A stretch of DNA of 60,229 nt from Candidatus Saccharimonadota bacterium. GTDB lineage: Bacteria > Patescibacteriota > Saccharimonadia > Saccharimonadales > VXPC01. The stretch is from positions 1 through 60,229 of the forward strand of contig JAPOWB010000008.1 in NCBI GenBank assembly GCA_026707815.1, read 5' to 3'. This document shows positions 27,234-37,570 of this stretch, piece after piece. The notes beneath the pieces are model-generated. The model was given only the letters and a program-made list of their open reading frames with translations, was not told the origin of the DNA and made no database searches. Every line of letters begins with the position of its first letter. The stretch's first letter is position 1. The position numbers and the translations under genes were made by a program.

Positions 27234-30176
27234 TTAGGATTTCTTCAAAGAAAGAATAACTTGTTCGTCTGATACTCGACAGATTGTTTGATCTGAATAT
27301 AAATCAGAGATTTCTGAAACTAGATTTAAGCTCTTAGCTAGAGTCTCAGTCTGAATATAGTCGCTAAATTTAGAAATAGCTTTTTGAATTTCGTCTATCG
27401 CTTTTATTTTCAAGATAATCCTATCTTCAACTTCTAAATTAGTCTGTTTGCGCAGAATTTGGATTGATCTGACTAGTTCACGAACGAGACCTTCTTGCTT
27501 TAATTCATCAGTTAGATGAGTATCTAGATCAACTGATGGTTTATCAGCTTGCTTCAAATCTACCGATTTGAGATTAAGTTCTTCTAAAAGAATAGTTTGC
27601 AATTTTGGGCTAAGATTTAAATCACTTGGATTAACTTCCGAAATAGTTATCTTAGCCAAGGGCTGGCGGACTTTTATACCAGCTTCAGCTCTCAAGGATA
27701 AACCTACGGTGATATATTGTCTTAGTCTTGTCATTTGCTCAATCAAATCATCGGCTTGATATGAAAAATCAGGCCAATCATTAAGATGGATGCTTAATCT
27801 AGGAGAAGTTAGCTTTTGGTAAATTTCTTCAGCCAGAAATGGACAGACTGGGGCTAATAGATGTGCCAGTATATACAGAGTGAAATATAAAGTATGATAA
27901 GCCTGCTCTTTATCTTGGTCATTATCAGTCTTCCAAAATCGTCGTCGATTTCGTCTAATATACCAGTTAGATAAATCTTCAATGAAGTCAATCAGAGCCT
28001 GAGCTACAACTGGTAAATTATAAGCTTCAAATTGTTGACTAACCTTCTGGTGAAGATAGCTTAATTGAGCCAGTAGCCATTGATCTAAAATATTTTCAGG
28101 TGATTTGGGGGCTTTTTGATGCTTAGCCTCATCTAATTGCCAATTATCAGCCGTGGCATAAAGTAAGAAAAACTCTAGGGCATTTCTTAAAGTATCAAGT
28201 TTGCGTTGGCTATCCGCCACAGCCTTTGTCGTTAAAACAAAATCTTCACCAATTAGAACTGGTGAATTAATTAAAACTAATCTGTAGGCATCAGCGCTGT
28301 ACTTATTAATTAGCTCTAAGGGATCAGTGTAATTGCCTAAAGATTTGCTGATTTTACGCCCATCATTGCCTAAAATAGTTCCCGTTACTATGACATTACT
28401 AAAAGCTGGCTTTTTGAATAAAGCCACTCCCAGAGCATGCAAATAATAAAACCAAGCTCTGACTTGTCCGACATATTCAACAATGAAATCTGCAGGAAAA
28501 TTATTCTCTAAAAGAGTTTGATTCTCAAACGGATAATGATGCTGAGCAAATGGCATTGAACCACTTTCAAACCAACAATCTAAAACTTTATCTATTCTTG
28601 TGTAAGTAATTCCATCCTTCTTAAAGGTGATTTGATCAATCCATGGACGATGATAGTCATCGAGAGTTTGTCCAGATAATTCTTCTAATTCAGCGTAGCT
28701 ACCAACAACAATGGTTTGCTCTTTTTGAGTCTTAGGATCAACTCCTCGCCAAACTGGCAAAGGGGTTGCCCACAGTCGATCTCGAGAAATATTCCAATCT
28801 GGGGCTGATTGGACAATATTTTTAAATCGCTTATTCTTAATATGACTTGGAAACCAGTTAATCTTCTGATTATCTAGCAACATCTTTTGACGTTGGCGAT
28901 CAATATTTAAAAACCAGCTAACATGCACCTTGTACATTAATCGAGTCTGACAACGATGGCAATGCGGATAACTATGTCGATATAATGCGGATTTTAAAAG
29001 TCTACCCTTATCAGTTAGATAGTCAATGATTTGCTGATCAATGCCCCAAACAGGTTGACCTAACCACAATCCACTGGAATAAACCCCATAATCATCGATA
29101 TTTTCAATAATAGGCAAGTCTAATTGCAAGGCAAGATTATAATCTTCTTCCCCATAAGCTGGAGCTAAATGAACAATTCCAGTTCCCTCTTCTGAGCTAA
29201 CATAATCAGCTTCAACAATCTTATGAGTTTGGGGGGAAGAATTGTCGAATAAAGGTTCGTAAACTAGATTGATTAATTGACAACCCGTAAAATCAGCTCG
29301 GAGTTTAATCTCGGATTCATCGAAGACTTTACCAACTAATTGACTGGCTAAAATGTAGAATTCGGATTTATACTCAATTAACTGATAATTAAAACCTGAA
29401 TTGACAGCCAGAGCAACATTAGCTGGTAGAGTCCAAGGTGTAGTAGTCCAAGCCAAAATATTTATTGAGATCTGACTATTTCCAAAATCAAAAGTAATAT
29501 CTTTAGCTAATTGATTAATCGAGTCTTGAGTAAGACCAAATTTAACATAGACTGCCTGATCTGAAACATCCTTATAAGAATTATCCATAGCTATTTCAGC
29601 TTTGGAAATAGGAGTAGCACAGCGACTGCAGTACATCAAGACCTTATGACCTTCATAGATCTTCCCTGCCTCATAAAGTTGCTTAAATGCCCACCAAACT
29701 GACTCCATGTAAGAGTTATCCATGGTCTTATAGGCATTCTTAAATTCCACCCAGCGCCCAATCCGTTCAATGCTTTCCTCCCATAGAGAGCCGGTTTGAA
29801 TCATGTTCTCTCGACAAACCTTAATATATTTTTCCAAGCCATAATCCAAAACAGCTTGCTTGTCTGGGAGGTTTAATTTTTTCTCAACAAAATTTTCAGC
29901 CGGCAGACCATGACAATCCCAGCCCCAGAGTCGTTTGACTTGATAACCCCGCATAGTTTTATAGCGAGGAATAACATCTTTAATGATTGATGACAGTAAT
30001 GTTCCATGATGAGGCAGACCTGTAATAAAGGGTGGTCCATCATAAAAGACATAAGTCTTACTATCTGATCGCTGATCAACAGACTGCTGAAAAACTTGGT
30101 TTTGCTTCCAAAATTCTAAGACATCAACCTCCATCTCGGCGTAAGGCTTCTTAATGTATTTACTGAATTGATGCAT
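27234..30176 (-). CDS. ileS: Isoleucyl-tRNA synthetase (type 2-like)
   Basis: 980 aa with a HIGH-type motif (PHHGTLL), the KMSKS motif (KISKSLGN), and a CP1 editing insertion. Confidence 0.96.
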   Translation of the reverse strand: MHQFSKYIKKPYAEMEVDVLEFWKQNQVFQQSVDQRSDSKTYVFYDGPPFITGLPHHGTLLSSIIKDVIPRYKTMRGYQVKRLWGWDCHGLPAENFVEKKLNLPDKQAVLDYGLEKYIKVCRENMIQTGSLWEESIERIGRWVEFKNAYKTMDNSYMESVWWAFKQLYEAGKIYEGHKVLMYCSRCATPISKAEIAMDNSYKDVSDQAVYVKFGLTQDSINQLAKDITFDFGNSQISINILAWTTTPWTLPANVALAVNSGFNYQLIEYKSEFYILASQLVGKVFDESEIKLRADFTGCQLINLVYEPLFDNSSPQTHKIVEADYVSSEEGTGIVHLAPAYGEEDYNLALQLDLPIIENIDDYGVYSSGLWLGQPVWGIDQQIIDYLTDKGRLLKSALYRHSYPHCHRCQTRLMYKVHVSWFLNIDRQRQKMLLDNQKINWFPSHIKNKRFKNIVQSAPDWNISRDRLWATPLPVWRGVDPKTQKEQTIVVGSYAELEELSGQTLDDYHRPWIDQITFKKDGITYTRIDKVLDCWFESGSMPFAQHHYPFENQTLLENNFPADFIVEYVGQVRAWFYYLHALGVALFKKPAFSNVIVTGTILGNDGRKISKSLGNYTDPLELINKYSADAYRLVLINSPVLIGEDFVLTTKAVADSQRKLDTLRNALEFFLLYATADNWQLDEAKHQKAPKSPENILDQWLLAQLSYLHQKVSQQFEAYNLPVVAQALIDFIEDLSNWYIRRNRRRFWKTDNDQDKEQAYHTLYFTLYILAHLLAPVCPFLAEEIYQKLTSPRLSIHLNDWPDFSYQADDLIEQMTRLRQYITVGLSLRAEAGIKVRQPLAKITISEVNPSDLNLSPKLQTILLEELNLKSVDLKQADKPSVDLDTHLTDELKQEGLVRELVRSIQILRKQTNLEVEDRIILKIKAIDEIQKAISKFSDYIQTETLAKSLNLVSEISDLYSDQTICRVSDEQVILSLKKS

Positions 30177-30321
30177 TTTAGATTTTAAACTTTTTAAAAA
30201 GAAATCTGCTAGGCTTGAGCTTTAATTGAAAAAAAACAATATAACTGACATTATAGATTATAAAAAACCAATAGTCTTGAAAACTCCCCACTGAAAGCAG
30301 AAGAGTTTTAATCTACATCTG

Positions 30322-30573
30322 CTAGAGATAAGGATTGAGATCTTCTAAGTAAGGCAACTTACCCTGCCAAGATTCAACTTGAACCCCGTCATCACGAACA
30401 ACAACCACACTCGGATAATCCATTAAATCATACAGTCGACTTAATTGGTCACCTTGACGACTATCAACGTTGATAACTTGGAGTTTAGATTTATGTCTGT
30501 CTAATAATTTCAAAAAGGTATCAATCGCCAAATCCATGCCTACTTGCGGTCTATAAAACAGATAAATCTTCAT
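30322..30573 (-). CDS. Small thioredoxin-fold-like protein lacking the CxxC motif
   Basis: 83 aa. It reads MKIYLFYRPQVGMD... where a glutaredoxin/NrdH would carry CxxC. YPSVVVVRDDG resembles the cis-Pro strand. It lies directly downstream of nrdJ. Confidence 0.5.
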   Translation of the reverse strand: MKIYLFYRPQVGMDLAIDTFLKLLDRHKSKLQVINVDSRQGDQLSRLYDLMDYPSVVVVRDDGVQVESWQGKLPYLEDLNPYL

Positions 30574-30614
30574 CTACACAAAAAAGGCTTTTGAAAAACA
30601 AATTAAATTTTTCC

Positions 30615-33407
30615 TTAACCGCAACCGGTACTTAATCCGCAAACTGGACAAACATAGCAAGCTCCTGATTTTTGAGTCTGATGACCACAGGATAGACATA
30701 AAGGAGTAGATAAATCATCTTGCAATTTATTATTGGGGTTTTGATCTTGATTGACATCGGGTTGAGCTGGGGTAGAAATTTTCTGGATTTGATTAGTCGC
30801 CTGATCCTGAGCTTTAGTGTTGAGTAAGCTAGTTTGTATTTCATCAGCTTTTTTAGTTTGCTCTGAAAAATTAATAATTCCCAATTCGACCAAATCATCA
30901 TAAGATAAATAAGTTCGAGCTAATTTTTTAAAAATATAATCAACAAAACTGGTGGCAATTCTAATATCTGAATCATCGGTTACACCGTTAGGGGCAAAAG
31001 ACATATTAATGAACGATTTGACATAGCTTTTCAAGGGTACGCCGTACTGCAAACCATGACTAACGCTAATCGCCAAGGCATCAGTAAAGCCGGCTAAAGT
31101 TGAACCTTGTTTAGCAACGGTAATAAAAATCTCGCCTGGTTGACCGTCTTCAAATTCCCCAACAGTCATAAAACCCTTAGTATTGGCAATCCTAAATTTG
31201 AAAGTCTTAGATTGCCTCATAGCTGGCAATTCTTTTCTAATCGCCCCCCTAAAGACAAATTTTTCAGCGCCGAATGAAGTCTCTTCCCCGTCAGCTTCTT
31301 CGCCATCTTCAGTTTTCTGACTAACTGTCACCGGCTGGGTGGCTTTGCAATTATCTCTATAAATGGCAATAGCTTTAACACCCCGTCGCCAAGCTTCTAT
31401 GTAAATATTCTGGACATCCTCAACAGTCGTCTCTTCCGGCATATTAACCGTTTTAGAGATAGCTCCTGATAAGAAAGGTTGAACACTAGCCATCATCTTA
31501 ATATGCCCCAAAGCAGAGATAACATTGTCGCCAATGGCGCAGGCAAAAATCGGTAAATGTTCAGGCTTTAAATGAGGAGCTTCGACTAGGCTACTGTATT
31601 GGCTAATATAGTCTTCAATAGCTTTAATCTGATCAGCTGCATAACCCAGCTTTACTAAAGCTTTATTCACAGACTGATTAACGAAAGTCATATGTCCACC
31701 GCCGACTAATGATTTAAATTTCACTAAACCTAAATCTGGTTCAATGCCAGTTGTATCACAGTCCATCATCAGACCAATTGTCCCCGTTGGTGCTAAAACA
31801 CTGACCTGAGAATTACGAACACCGTGGACTTGAGCTAAGTGAATAGCCTCATCCCAAACGGTGGCTGCCGTGGTTAAGAATTCCTCAGAAACTAACTTAA
31901 CATCAATGTCCTCAACTTGTTGGCGATGTTTCTGCAAAACCCGAATCACATTTTTTGCATCTTTCTTATATCCCGAAAAAGCGCCCAACTTTTGAGCAAC
32001 TTGGGCACTAACTCGATATGATTGACCAGTCATAATAGCTGTTATCACAGCCGCCTGAGCTCGACCAATATCTGAATCATAAGCTAAACCTTGTGACATG
32101 AGCAAAGCTCCCAAATTAGCATAGCCAATGCCAAGCTGACGATAAGCTTTGGCAGTCTTGGTAATCTTGGCAGTTGGGTATTCTGAATAACCAACTAGGA
32201 TTTCCTGAGCTAAGATAATTAATTCAATCGTATGAAGAAAATCGGCAATTTTGAACTTGCCATCTTTATCTAGGAATTTCAATAAATTCAAAGATGCTAA
32301 ATTACAAGCTGAATTATCTAAATGCATATATTCCGAACAAGGATTAGAAGCGTTAATCCGCCCCGCATTAGGAGTAGTATGCCAGTCGTTGATAGTATCA
32401 TCAAACTGCAGACCCGGATCAGCACACTCCCAAGCCGCTTGGCAGATTTGCCTAAATAAATCCCGGGCTTTAACAGTCTTTAAAACCTTATTCTGACTAT
32501 TGATAGCTTTAAGATCCCAATCTTGATCCTCAGCCACGGCTTTCATAAAAGCATTACTGACTCGAACTGAATTATTGGCATTTTGGTATTGGATATTATA
32601 AAGGTCTCGACCATCAATACCGACATCAAAGCCAGCTTTAGCCAAAGCATGAGCTTTCTGCTCTTCTTTAGCCTTACACCAAATAAATTCTTCTACATCT
32701 GGATGATCAACATTTAAGATGACCATTTTAGCAGCTCGGCGGGTTTTACCTCCTGATTGAATACTGCCAGCTGAAGCATCAGCCCCTCGCATGAAAGAGA
32801 CTGGACCCGAAGCTTTACCAGCTGATTTAGAGAGACCTTCTAAAGAAGAACGAAGCTTGCTTAAGTTTACTCCAGAGCCTGATCCACCTTTAAAGATCAA
32901 ACCCTCTTCCTTATACCACTCCAAAATATCGGGCATACTATCTTCGACATTGAGAATAAAACAAGCGGAAGCTTGTTGAGATCTATTGCTGACTCCGATA
33001 TTAAACCAAACTGGTGAATTAAAAGCTGCTCGTTGAGAAGCTAAGACATATTTCAACTCCTCGACGAAAATCTGAGCTTCGGTGTCGCTACTGAAATAAC
33101 CTTCCTTTTGCCCATGTTCGGCAATGGTATAGACTACTCGATTAATCAACTGCTTTAAAGAATATTCTCGATGTTTTGAATTCAGATCTCCACTGAAATA
33201 TTTTTGGGCGACAATATTGATAGCATTTTGAGACCAACCAACTGGAAATTCCAAATCAGCTTGAGAGAAAATAACTTCATTAGTCTGGTAATTCCTAATT
33301 TGGGCATCGCACTTTTGCCATTTTAATAATTCATAGCCATCTTGTTTGGAGTCGGTAAAATGCCGTTTCAAATTTAAAGTTGTGGTGGGTTTTTTATTGC
33401 TCGGCAT
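30615..33407 (-). CDS. nrdJ: Class II (adenosylcobalamin-dependent) ribonucleotide reductase
   Basis: 930 aa with active-site segments (NPCSEY, SACNLASLNL) and a C-terminal Cys-rich tail (CLSCGHQ...CYVCPVCG...GCG). A GGAGG Shine-Dalgarno is present. Confidence 0.93.
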   Translation of the reverse strand: MPSNKKPTTTLNLKRHFTDSKQDGYELLKWQKCDAQIRNYQTNEVIFSQADLEFPVGWSQNAINIVAQKYFSGDLNSKHREYSLKQLINRVVYTIAEHGQKEGYFSSDTEAQIFVEELKYVLASQRAAFNSPVWFNIGVSNRSQQASACFILNVEDSMPDILEWYKEEGLIFKGGSGSGVNLSKLRSSLEGLSKSAGKASGPVSFMRGADASAGSIQSGGKTRRAAKMVILNVDHPDVEEFIWCKAKEEQKAHALAKAGFDVGIDGRDLYNIQYQNANNSVRVSNAFMKAVAEDQDWDLKAINSQNKVLKTVKARDLFRQICQAAWECADPGLQFDDTINDWHTTPNAGRINASNPCSEYMHLDNSACNLASLNLLKFLDKDGKFKIADFLHTIELIILAQEILVGYSEYPTAKITKTAKAYRQLGIGYANLGALLMSQGLAYDSDIGRAQAAVITAIMTGQSYRVSAQVAQKLGAFSGYKKDAKNVIRVLQKHRQQVEDIDVKLVSEEFLTTAATVWDEAIHLAQVHGVRNSQVSVLAPTGTIGLMMDCDTTGIEPDLGLVKFKSLVGGGHMTFVNQSVNKALVKLGYAADQIKAIEDYISQYSSLVEAPHLKPEHLPIFACAIGDNVISALGHIKMMASVQPFLSGAISKTVNMPEETTVEDVQNIYIEAWRRGVKAIAIYRDNCKATQPVTVSQKTEDGEEADGEETSFGAEKFVFRGAIRKELPAMRQSKTFKFRIANTKGFMTVGEFEDGQPGEIFITVAKQGSTLAGFTDALAISVSHGLQYGVPLKSYVKSFINMSFAPNGVTDDSDIRIATSFVDYIFKKLARTYLSYDDLVELGIINFSEQTKKADEIQTSLLNTKAQDQATNQIQKISTPAQPDVNQDQNPNNKLQDDLSTPLCLSCGHQTQKSGACYVCPVCGLSTGCG

Positions 33408-33423
33408 ATTTCCTCCTTTGTTT

Positions 33424-33870
33424 TTATTGTTTTAATAAGCTGAGTTCCCTTTCAAAACTATTTAAAGTTTTCAAACCTCGATAAACGCTAACAAATCTTA
33501 AATAGGCGACCTTATTTCTAGTCGCTAAATGTTCAATGACAATTGAACCAATCTTTGATGATTTGATTTCTGTTTTACCTAAAGCTAAAATCTTCTTTTC
33601 GACTAAATTAGCCAAAGCTTCAGTTTGAGCGATATCCATTTTAGTTTTTTTAGTTGCCCTCAATAAACCGGCTAAAAGCTTGTCAAACTTAAAATATTCC
33701 CTCGCCCCATCATTTTTAATAACTATTAAAGGACTGGTCTCAATACGTTCATAGGTCGTAAATCTATTTTGACATTTACAACATTCTCGTCGACGCCGAA
33801 TAACATTTTGTCTATTAACTTGACGAGACTCTAAGACCTTGGTTTCGATATCACATTGAAAACATTTCAT
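33424..33870 (-). CDS. nrdR: Transcriptional repressor NrdR
   Basis: N-terminal zinc ribbon (CFQC...CCKC) plus an ATP-cone. It lies directly upstream of nrdJ. Confidence 0.93.
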   Translation of the reverse strand: MKCFQCDIETKVLESRQVNRQNVIRRRRECCKCQNRFTTYERIETSPLIVIKNDGAREYFKFDKLLAGLLRATKKTKMDIAQTEALANLVEKKILALGKTEIKSSKIGSIVIEHLATRNKVAYLRFVSVYRGLKTLNSFERELSLLKQ

Positions 33871-33875
33871 AGCTT

Positions 33876-33920
33876 CTACCTAGTGTTTTGAATTGTATTA
33901 CAAACCTCTACAACTAGTGC
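33876..33920 (-). promoter_or_regulatory. Candidate tandem NrdR boxes upstream of nrdR-nrdJ
   Basis: On the coding strand the two elements read gCACTAGTTGTAG and aCACTAGGTAGAA, with centres about 32 nt apart. That is the spacing typical of NrdR box pairs. Only the left halves match the palindromic consensus. Confidence 0.35.
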
Positions 33921-34040
33921 TTTTTGTCTAAAAACTACTTATAGTATATCAAACTTGTTATGGCTTTAGCAAGTCTTTTTTAATTATAAAATGATGAGAA
34001 CTAAAGAGGCTTGACTGGTTGTATTGGCAGCGTTGTTATT

Positions 34041-35384
34041 TTAGCTATCTAGCTCGTCTTTTTCTTGCAACTTACGCTCTTTTCTCTTCTGTCGTCGCTT
34101 GGCGAGTTTACGCAGAATAGTTGGTTTATTTAAATCAATAGCATCATCTTCATCAGTATCAATATCATCCCATAAATTGGGTGTCTCATCGTCATCAATC
34201 AGTGATACTTCGTCTGTTTGAGTGTCATCAGTAACATCTCTAGTGATATCTTCGGATTCTAACTGCTCATTATCTTCTGGGTCATCAACTTTATCAGACT
34301 TAGATTTTTTAGTGGACAAAGATGGCAAATCTTCGACGCTCTTCAACTTCTCGTCTGGGATTTTGTTGATCGAAGGAACATCATCTGATTCGGTGGAGGC
34401 AGTAACCTCAGCTGATCGATTAACAGGGTACATATTGAAACCAGTAGCTACAACCGTGACTATAATTTCTCCATCTAAATCAGGATTAATAGTAGCTCCG
34501 AAAATGACATTGACATCTTGATCGGCTGCTTCAGTAATGACGGCAGCAGCTCGATTAATTTCATGCATTGTCATGTCATTACCACCGATAACGTTAAATA
34601 GCACTCCCTTGGCTCCATTAATAGAGATGTTAAGAAGTGGAGAATTAATAGCCTGTTGAGCAGCTATTTCGGCTCGATTCTCGCCACCAGCTCGACCAAT
34701 ACTCATTAGAGCCTGACCAGCATCTTTCATGATCGATTTAACATCAGCGAAATCTAAGTTAATCAGACCATGGACGGTAATTAAATCAGTAATGCCTTGG
34801 ATACCCTGCCTCAAAACATCATCGGCTATTTTAAAAGCTTCCGGCAGAGGAGTATCGGTATCAATAATATTTAACAAATTATCATTGGGAATAATAACTA
34901 AGGTATCTATATATTTTTCTAAATTAGAAATAGCATACTCAGCATTACGAGCTCGACGGTCAACTTCAAAGCCAAAAGGTTTGGTCACGAAAGCAACAAC
35001 TAATATACCCATTTCTCTGGCTATTTTGGCGACAATGTGAGCTGCTCCAGAACCAGTTCCCCCACCAGCTCCGAAAGTTAAAAACAAAATATCTGTATCA
35101 GCAATAGCGGCTTTAATTTCTTCTAAGGACTCTAAGGCGGCATCTTGACCTACTTTGGGATCGCCACCAGCTCCCAAACCTCGTGTAGTTTCCGGTCCAA
35201 TATTAACCTTAATTGGAGCCTTGGAATGATGTAAAGCTTGAGCATCGGTGTTTATGGCGATAAATTCAACATCCATAACCCCCGACTCAATCATTCTATT
35301 GATGGCTGATCCACCAGCACCACCAATACCAACAACTTTGATTTTGGCAAACGTCTCTATTTGAGGTTCTATCCTTTTAGCCAT
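34041..35384 (-). CDS. ftsZ: Cell division GTPase FtsZ with a long acidic C-terminal linker
   Basis: Has the tubulin signature GGGTGSGAA and a T7 loop region. The D/E-rich tail of about 120 aa ends in a basic patch. Confidence 0.96.
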   Translation of the reverse strand: MAKRIEPQIETFAKIKVVGIGGAGGSAINRMIESGVMDVEFIAINTDAQALHHSKAPIKVNIGPETTRGLGAGGDPKVGQDAALESLEEIKAAIADTDILFLTFGAGGGTGSGAAHIVAKIAREMGILVVAFVTKPFGFEVDRRARNAEYAISNLEKYIDTLVIIPNDNLLNIIDTDTPLPEAFKIADDVLRQGIQGITDLITVHGLINLDFADVKSIMKDAGQALMSIGRAGGENRAEIAAQQAINSPLLNISINGAKGVLFNVIGGNDMTMHEINRAAAVITEAADQDVNVIFGATINPDLDGEIIVTVVATGFNMYPVNRSAEVTASTESDDVPSINKIPDEKLKSVEDLPSLSTKKSKSDKVDDPEDNEQLESEDITRDVTDDTQTDEVSLIDDDETPNLWDDIDTDEDDAIDLNKPTILRKLAKRRQKRKERKLQEKDELDS

Positions 35385-35451
35385 ATGGGTATCTCATTTA
35401 ATTTCAATTCTAATAAATAAGTTATTATATTATTGCAAATATTACAATTTA

Positions 35452-36750
35452 TTATGTGCTGTCCTTTTTGTCTTCTGCTGAGGAACTTGACAAAGATTGC
35501 CTCGAAGGTCTTTGTCTAAATTTCAACAAATCACCAAAAAAATCTAAAGCTTTCTGTGTCCAAGGGGCATCACCAGCAACTTGAGTTGCGGGTTGGTTTT
35601 GAAGCAAGAAATCAACTGCCAAAATCCCTGCCACTGTTAGGTATTCATGTTTTTCTTGGATGATCTCAGTCAATCCACTGAAGTTACGAACTTGAGCAAT
35701 TTGGGCATGAGTTTCAAGTTTTTCTTTAAACAAATCACTTAGACCGGCAATTTTTGATGTCCCGCCTGCTAAAATTATACCGCCCGGCAGTTGTTGATAT
35801 AAGCCTTTCTTTCTCAGTAAATTCTCGATAAAATCACAAATCTCCTCCAATCGAGCAGTGACAACTTCACTGAGTTGCTGGGGAGAAAAATTAATGGCTT
35901 GCTTATTAAATTCAATAGTCTTCCGACCTCGAGCTTGGTAATTGATTTGAGCATGATGGAGTTTCAGAAATTCAGCTGTTTCAAGATCAACTTGCAAGAC
36001 AACAGCAATATCTTTGGTCACATTGAAACCCCCAACTGGCAAAACAACAATGTTTTCTATTTTGCCATCTTTAACTAAGATTACATTGGTTGTGCTATGA
36101 CCAATATCTATAACTGCCACCCCAGAATCGGAGATTTTCTTATCATAGGTTGCCTGATAAGCCGCTAAAGAAGAGACTGTAAAACTGTTAATTTGAACAT
36201 CTAATTCATTGCAAATGCGCCTTAACATATCTAAATAAATAGAATCTCCAGTGAGGACTAAAGCTTCCATGCCTAAAACGCTACCCTTAATATTAATCGG
36301 ATGTTCTAAATTTTTAATTTGATCAACCCAATAAGTATTAGTAAAAGAGTCTATGACGCTCCGATTAGGGGCAAGTGTTAATTCTCGGACTTTGCGAGTA
36401 ACTGAATAACAATCTCGTTCAGTCACTAAAAGATCACTATTAGCAATCGCTACTTCAGCTGTTTGGGAAAATGCCTTTACATGTCCGCCATTAATATTAA
36501 TCACTAAAGAATCAATCGTGCAACCAGCATGTAATTCAGCTTGCTTAATAGCAGTCTCAACAGAGGCGAAAACTTCATTATAATTTGAGACAACTCCTCG
36601 TCTCATGCCCGTATTCTTGGCGCAGCCCAAACCTAAAATCTTAGGACTACTTTCTTCATCCTGTAGAGCTGGTTGAGCTCCGATTAAGCATCTAACTTCA
36701 GTTGTGCCGACATCTAAGCCGGCTAATAGATTTATTGGTTTCTTCGCCAT
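35452..36750 (-). CDS. ftsA: Cell division protein FtsA
   Basis: Actin-like ATPase motifs (GLDVGTT, VIDIGHSTTN, LAGGTSKIAGL). It sits upstream of ftsZ. Confidence 0.92.
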   Translation of the reverse strand: MAKKPINLLAGLDVGTTEVRCLIGAQPALQDEESSPKILGLGCAKNTGMRRGVVSNYNEVFASVETAIKQAELHAGCTIDSLVININGGHVKAFSQTAEVAIANSDLLVTERDCYSVTRKVRELTLAPNRSVIDSFTNTYWVDQIKNLEHPINIKGSVLGMEALVLTGDSIYLDMLRRICNELDVQINSFTVSSLAAYQATYDKKISDSGVAVIDIGHSTTNVILVKDGKIENIVVLPVGGFNVTKDIAVVLQVDLETAEFLKLHHAQINYQARGRKTIEFNKQAINFSPQQLSEVVTARLEEICDFIENLLRKKGLYQQLPGGIILAGGTSKIAGLSDLFKEKLETHAQIAQVRNFSGLTEIIQEKHEYLTVAGILAVDFLLQNQPATQVAGDAPWTQKALDFFGDLLKFRQRPSRQSLSSSSAEDKKDST

Positions 36751-36802
36751 ATTCTCTATCTATATAGTATATATTTGTCATTCAATTAAACAAAATCTGA
36801 AA

Positions 36803-37570
36803 TTATAATTGAGTCAGAATTTCACAGCCTGACTTTGTGACCCTAATCGTATGCTCAAAATGGGCGGCATAAGTATTATCTGCTGATAGTAATGTCCAGC
36901 CATCATCAGCCAATCTAATCCGTCCAGATCCTAAAGTGGCGATCGGCTCAATGGCTACAGTCTGATTCTCTTGGAGAACATAATCATTAGATCCAGCTGT
37001 GAAATTTGGAATTTCTGGTTCTTCATGTAAATGATGACCAACTCCGTGACCAACTAGCTCACGAACAATACCTAATTTAGCCTCAGACAAAATAGCCTCT
37101 ATAGTTTTTGAGATATCCCTGATTTTGACTCCAGCTTTGACTATTTTCAAAGCCATATCCAAAGCTTTTTTAGTTTGATTGAGTAAATGCTGAACTTCGG
37201 AACTAACCTGTCCAACTGGGATTGTTAGACCAGCATCAGTAATCATGCCTTGATATTCAACACCAAAATCAAAATTGACAATATCGCCATTTTTAATAAT
37301 CCGCTCAGATGGGATACTATGCTGAACTTCTTCGCTGATAGATATACAAACAATATCTGGAAAAGGAATGCCATTATCATGAGATTTAACGCCTAGAAAA
37401 GCTGGCTTGCCACCCAATTGTTTCAATTCTTGATGTGCTAAAGCCGATAGATCCTTGGATTTAACCCCAGCTTTAGTATTCTTAACTAGAACCTCCAAAA
37501 CCGAGGCTAAAATGCGACCTGCATGTCGCATAGCTGTTAATTCTAAATCTGTTTTTGGTCTATTTTGCAA
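36803..37570 (-). CDS. map: Methionine aminopeptidase, type I
   Basis: Metal ligand context (DIVNFDFG, DAGLT, GHGVGHHLHEEP, AIEP, FEHT). Confidence 0.94.
   Translation of the reverse strand: MQNRPKTDLELTAMRHAGRILASVLEVLVKNTKAGVKSKDLSALAHQELKQLGGKPAFLGVKSHDNGIPFPDIVCISISEEVQHSIPSERIIKNGDIVNFDFGVEYQGMITDAGLTIPVGQVSSEVQHLLNQTKKALDMALKIVKAGVKIRDISKTIEAILSEAKLGIVRELVGHGVGHHLHEEPEIPNFTAGSNDYVLQENQTVAIEPIATLGSGRIRLADDGWTLLSADNTYAAHFEHTIRVTKSGCEILTQL

Noticed and set aside
30177-30321. A T-box or other leader riboswitch upstream of ileS.
   Set aside because: The spacer is only 145 nt and also has to hold the upstream gene's terminator. No specifier-loop or T-box sequence could be recognised.
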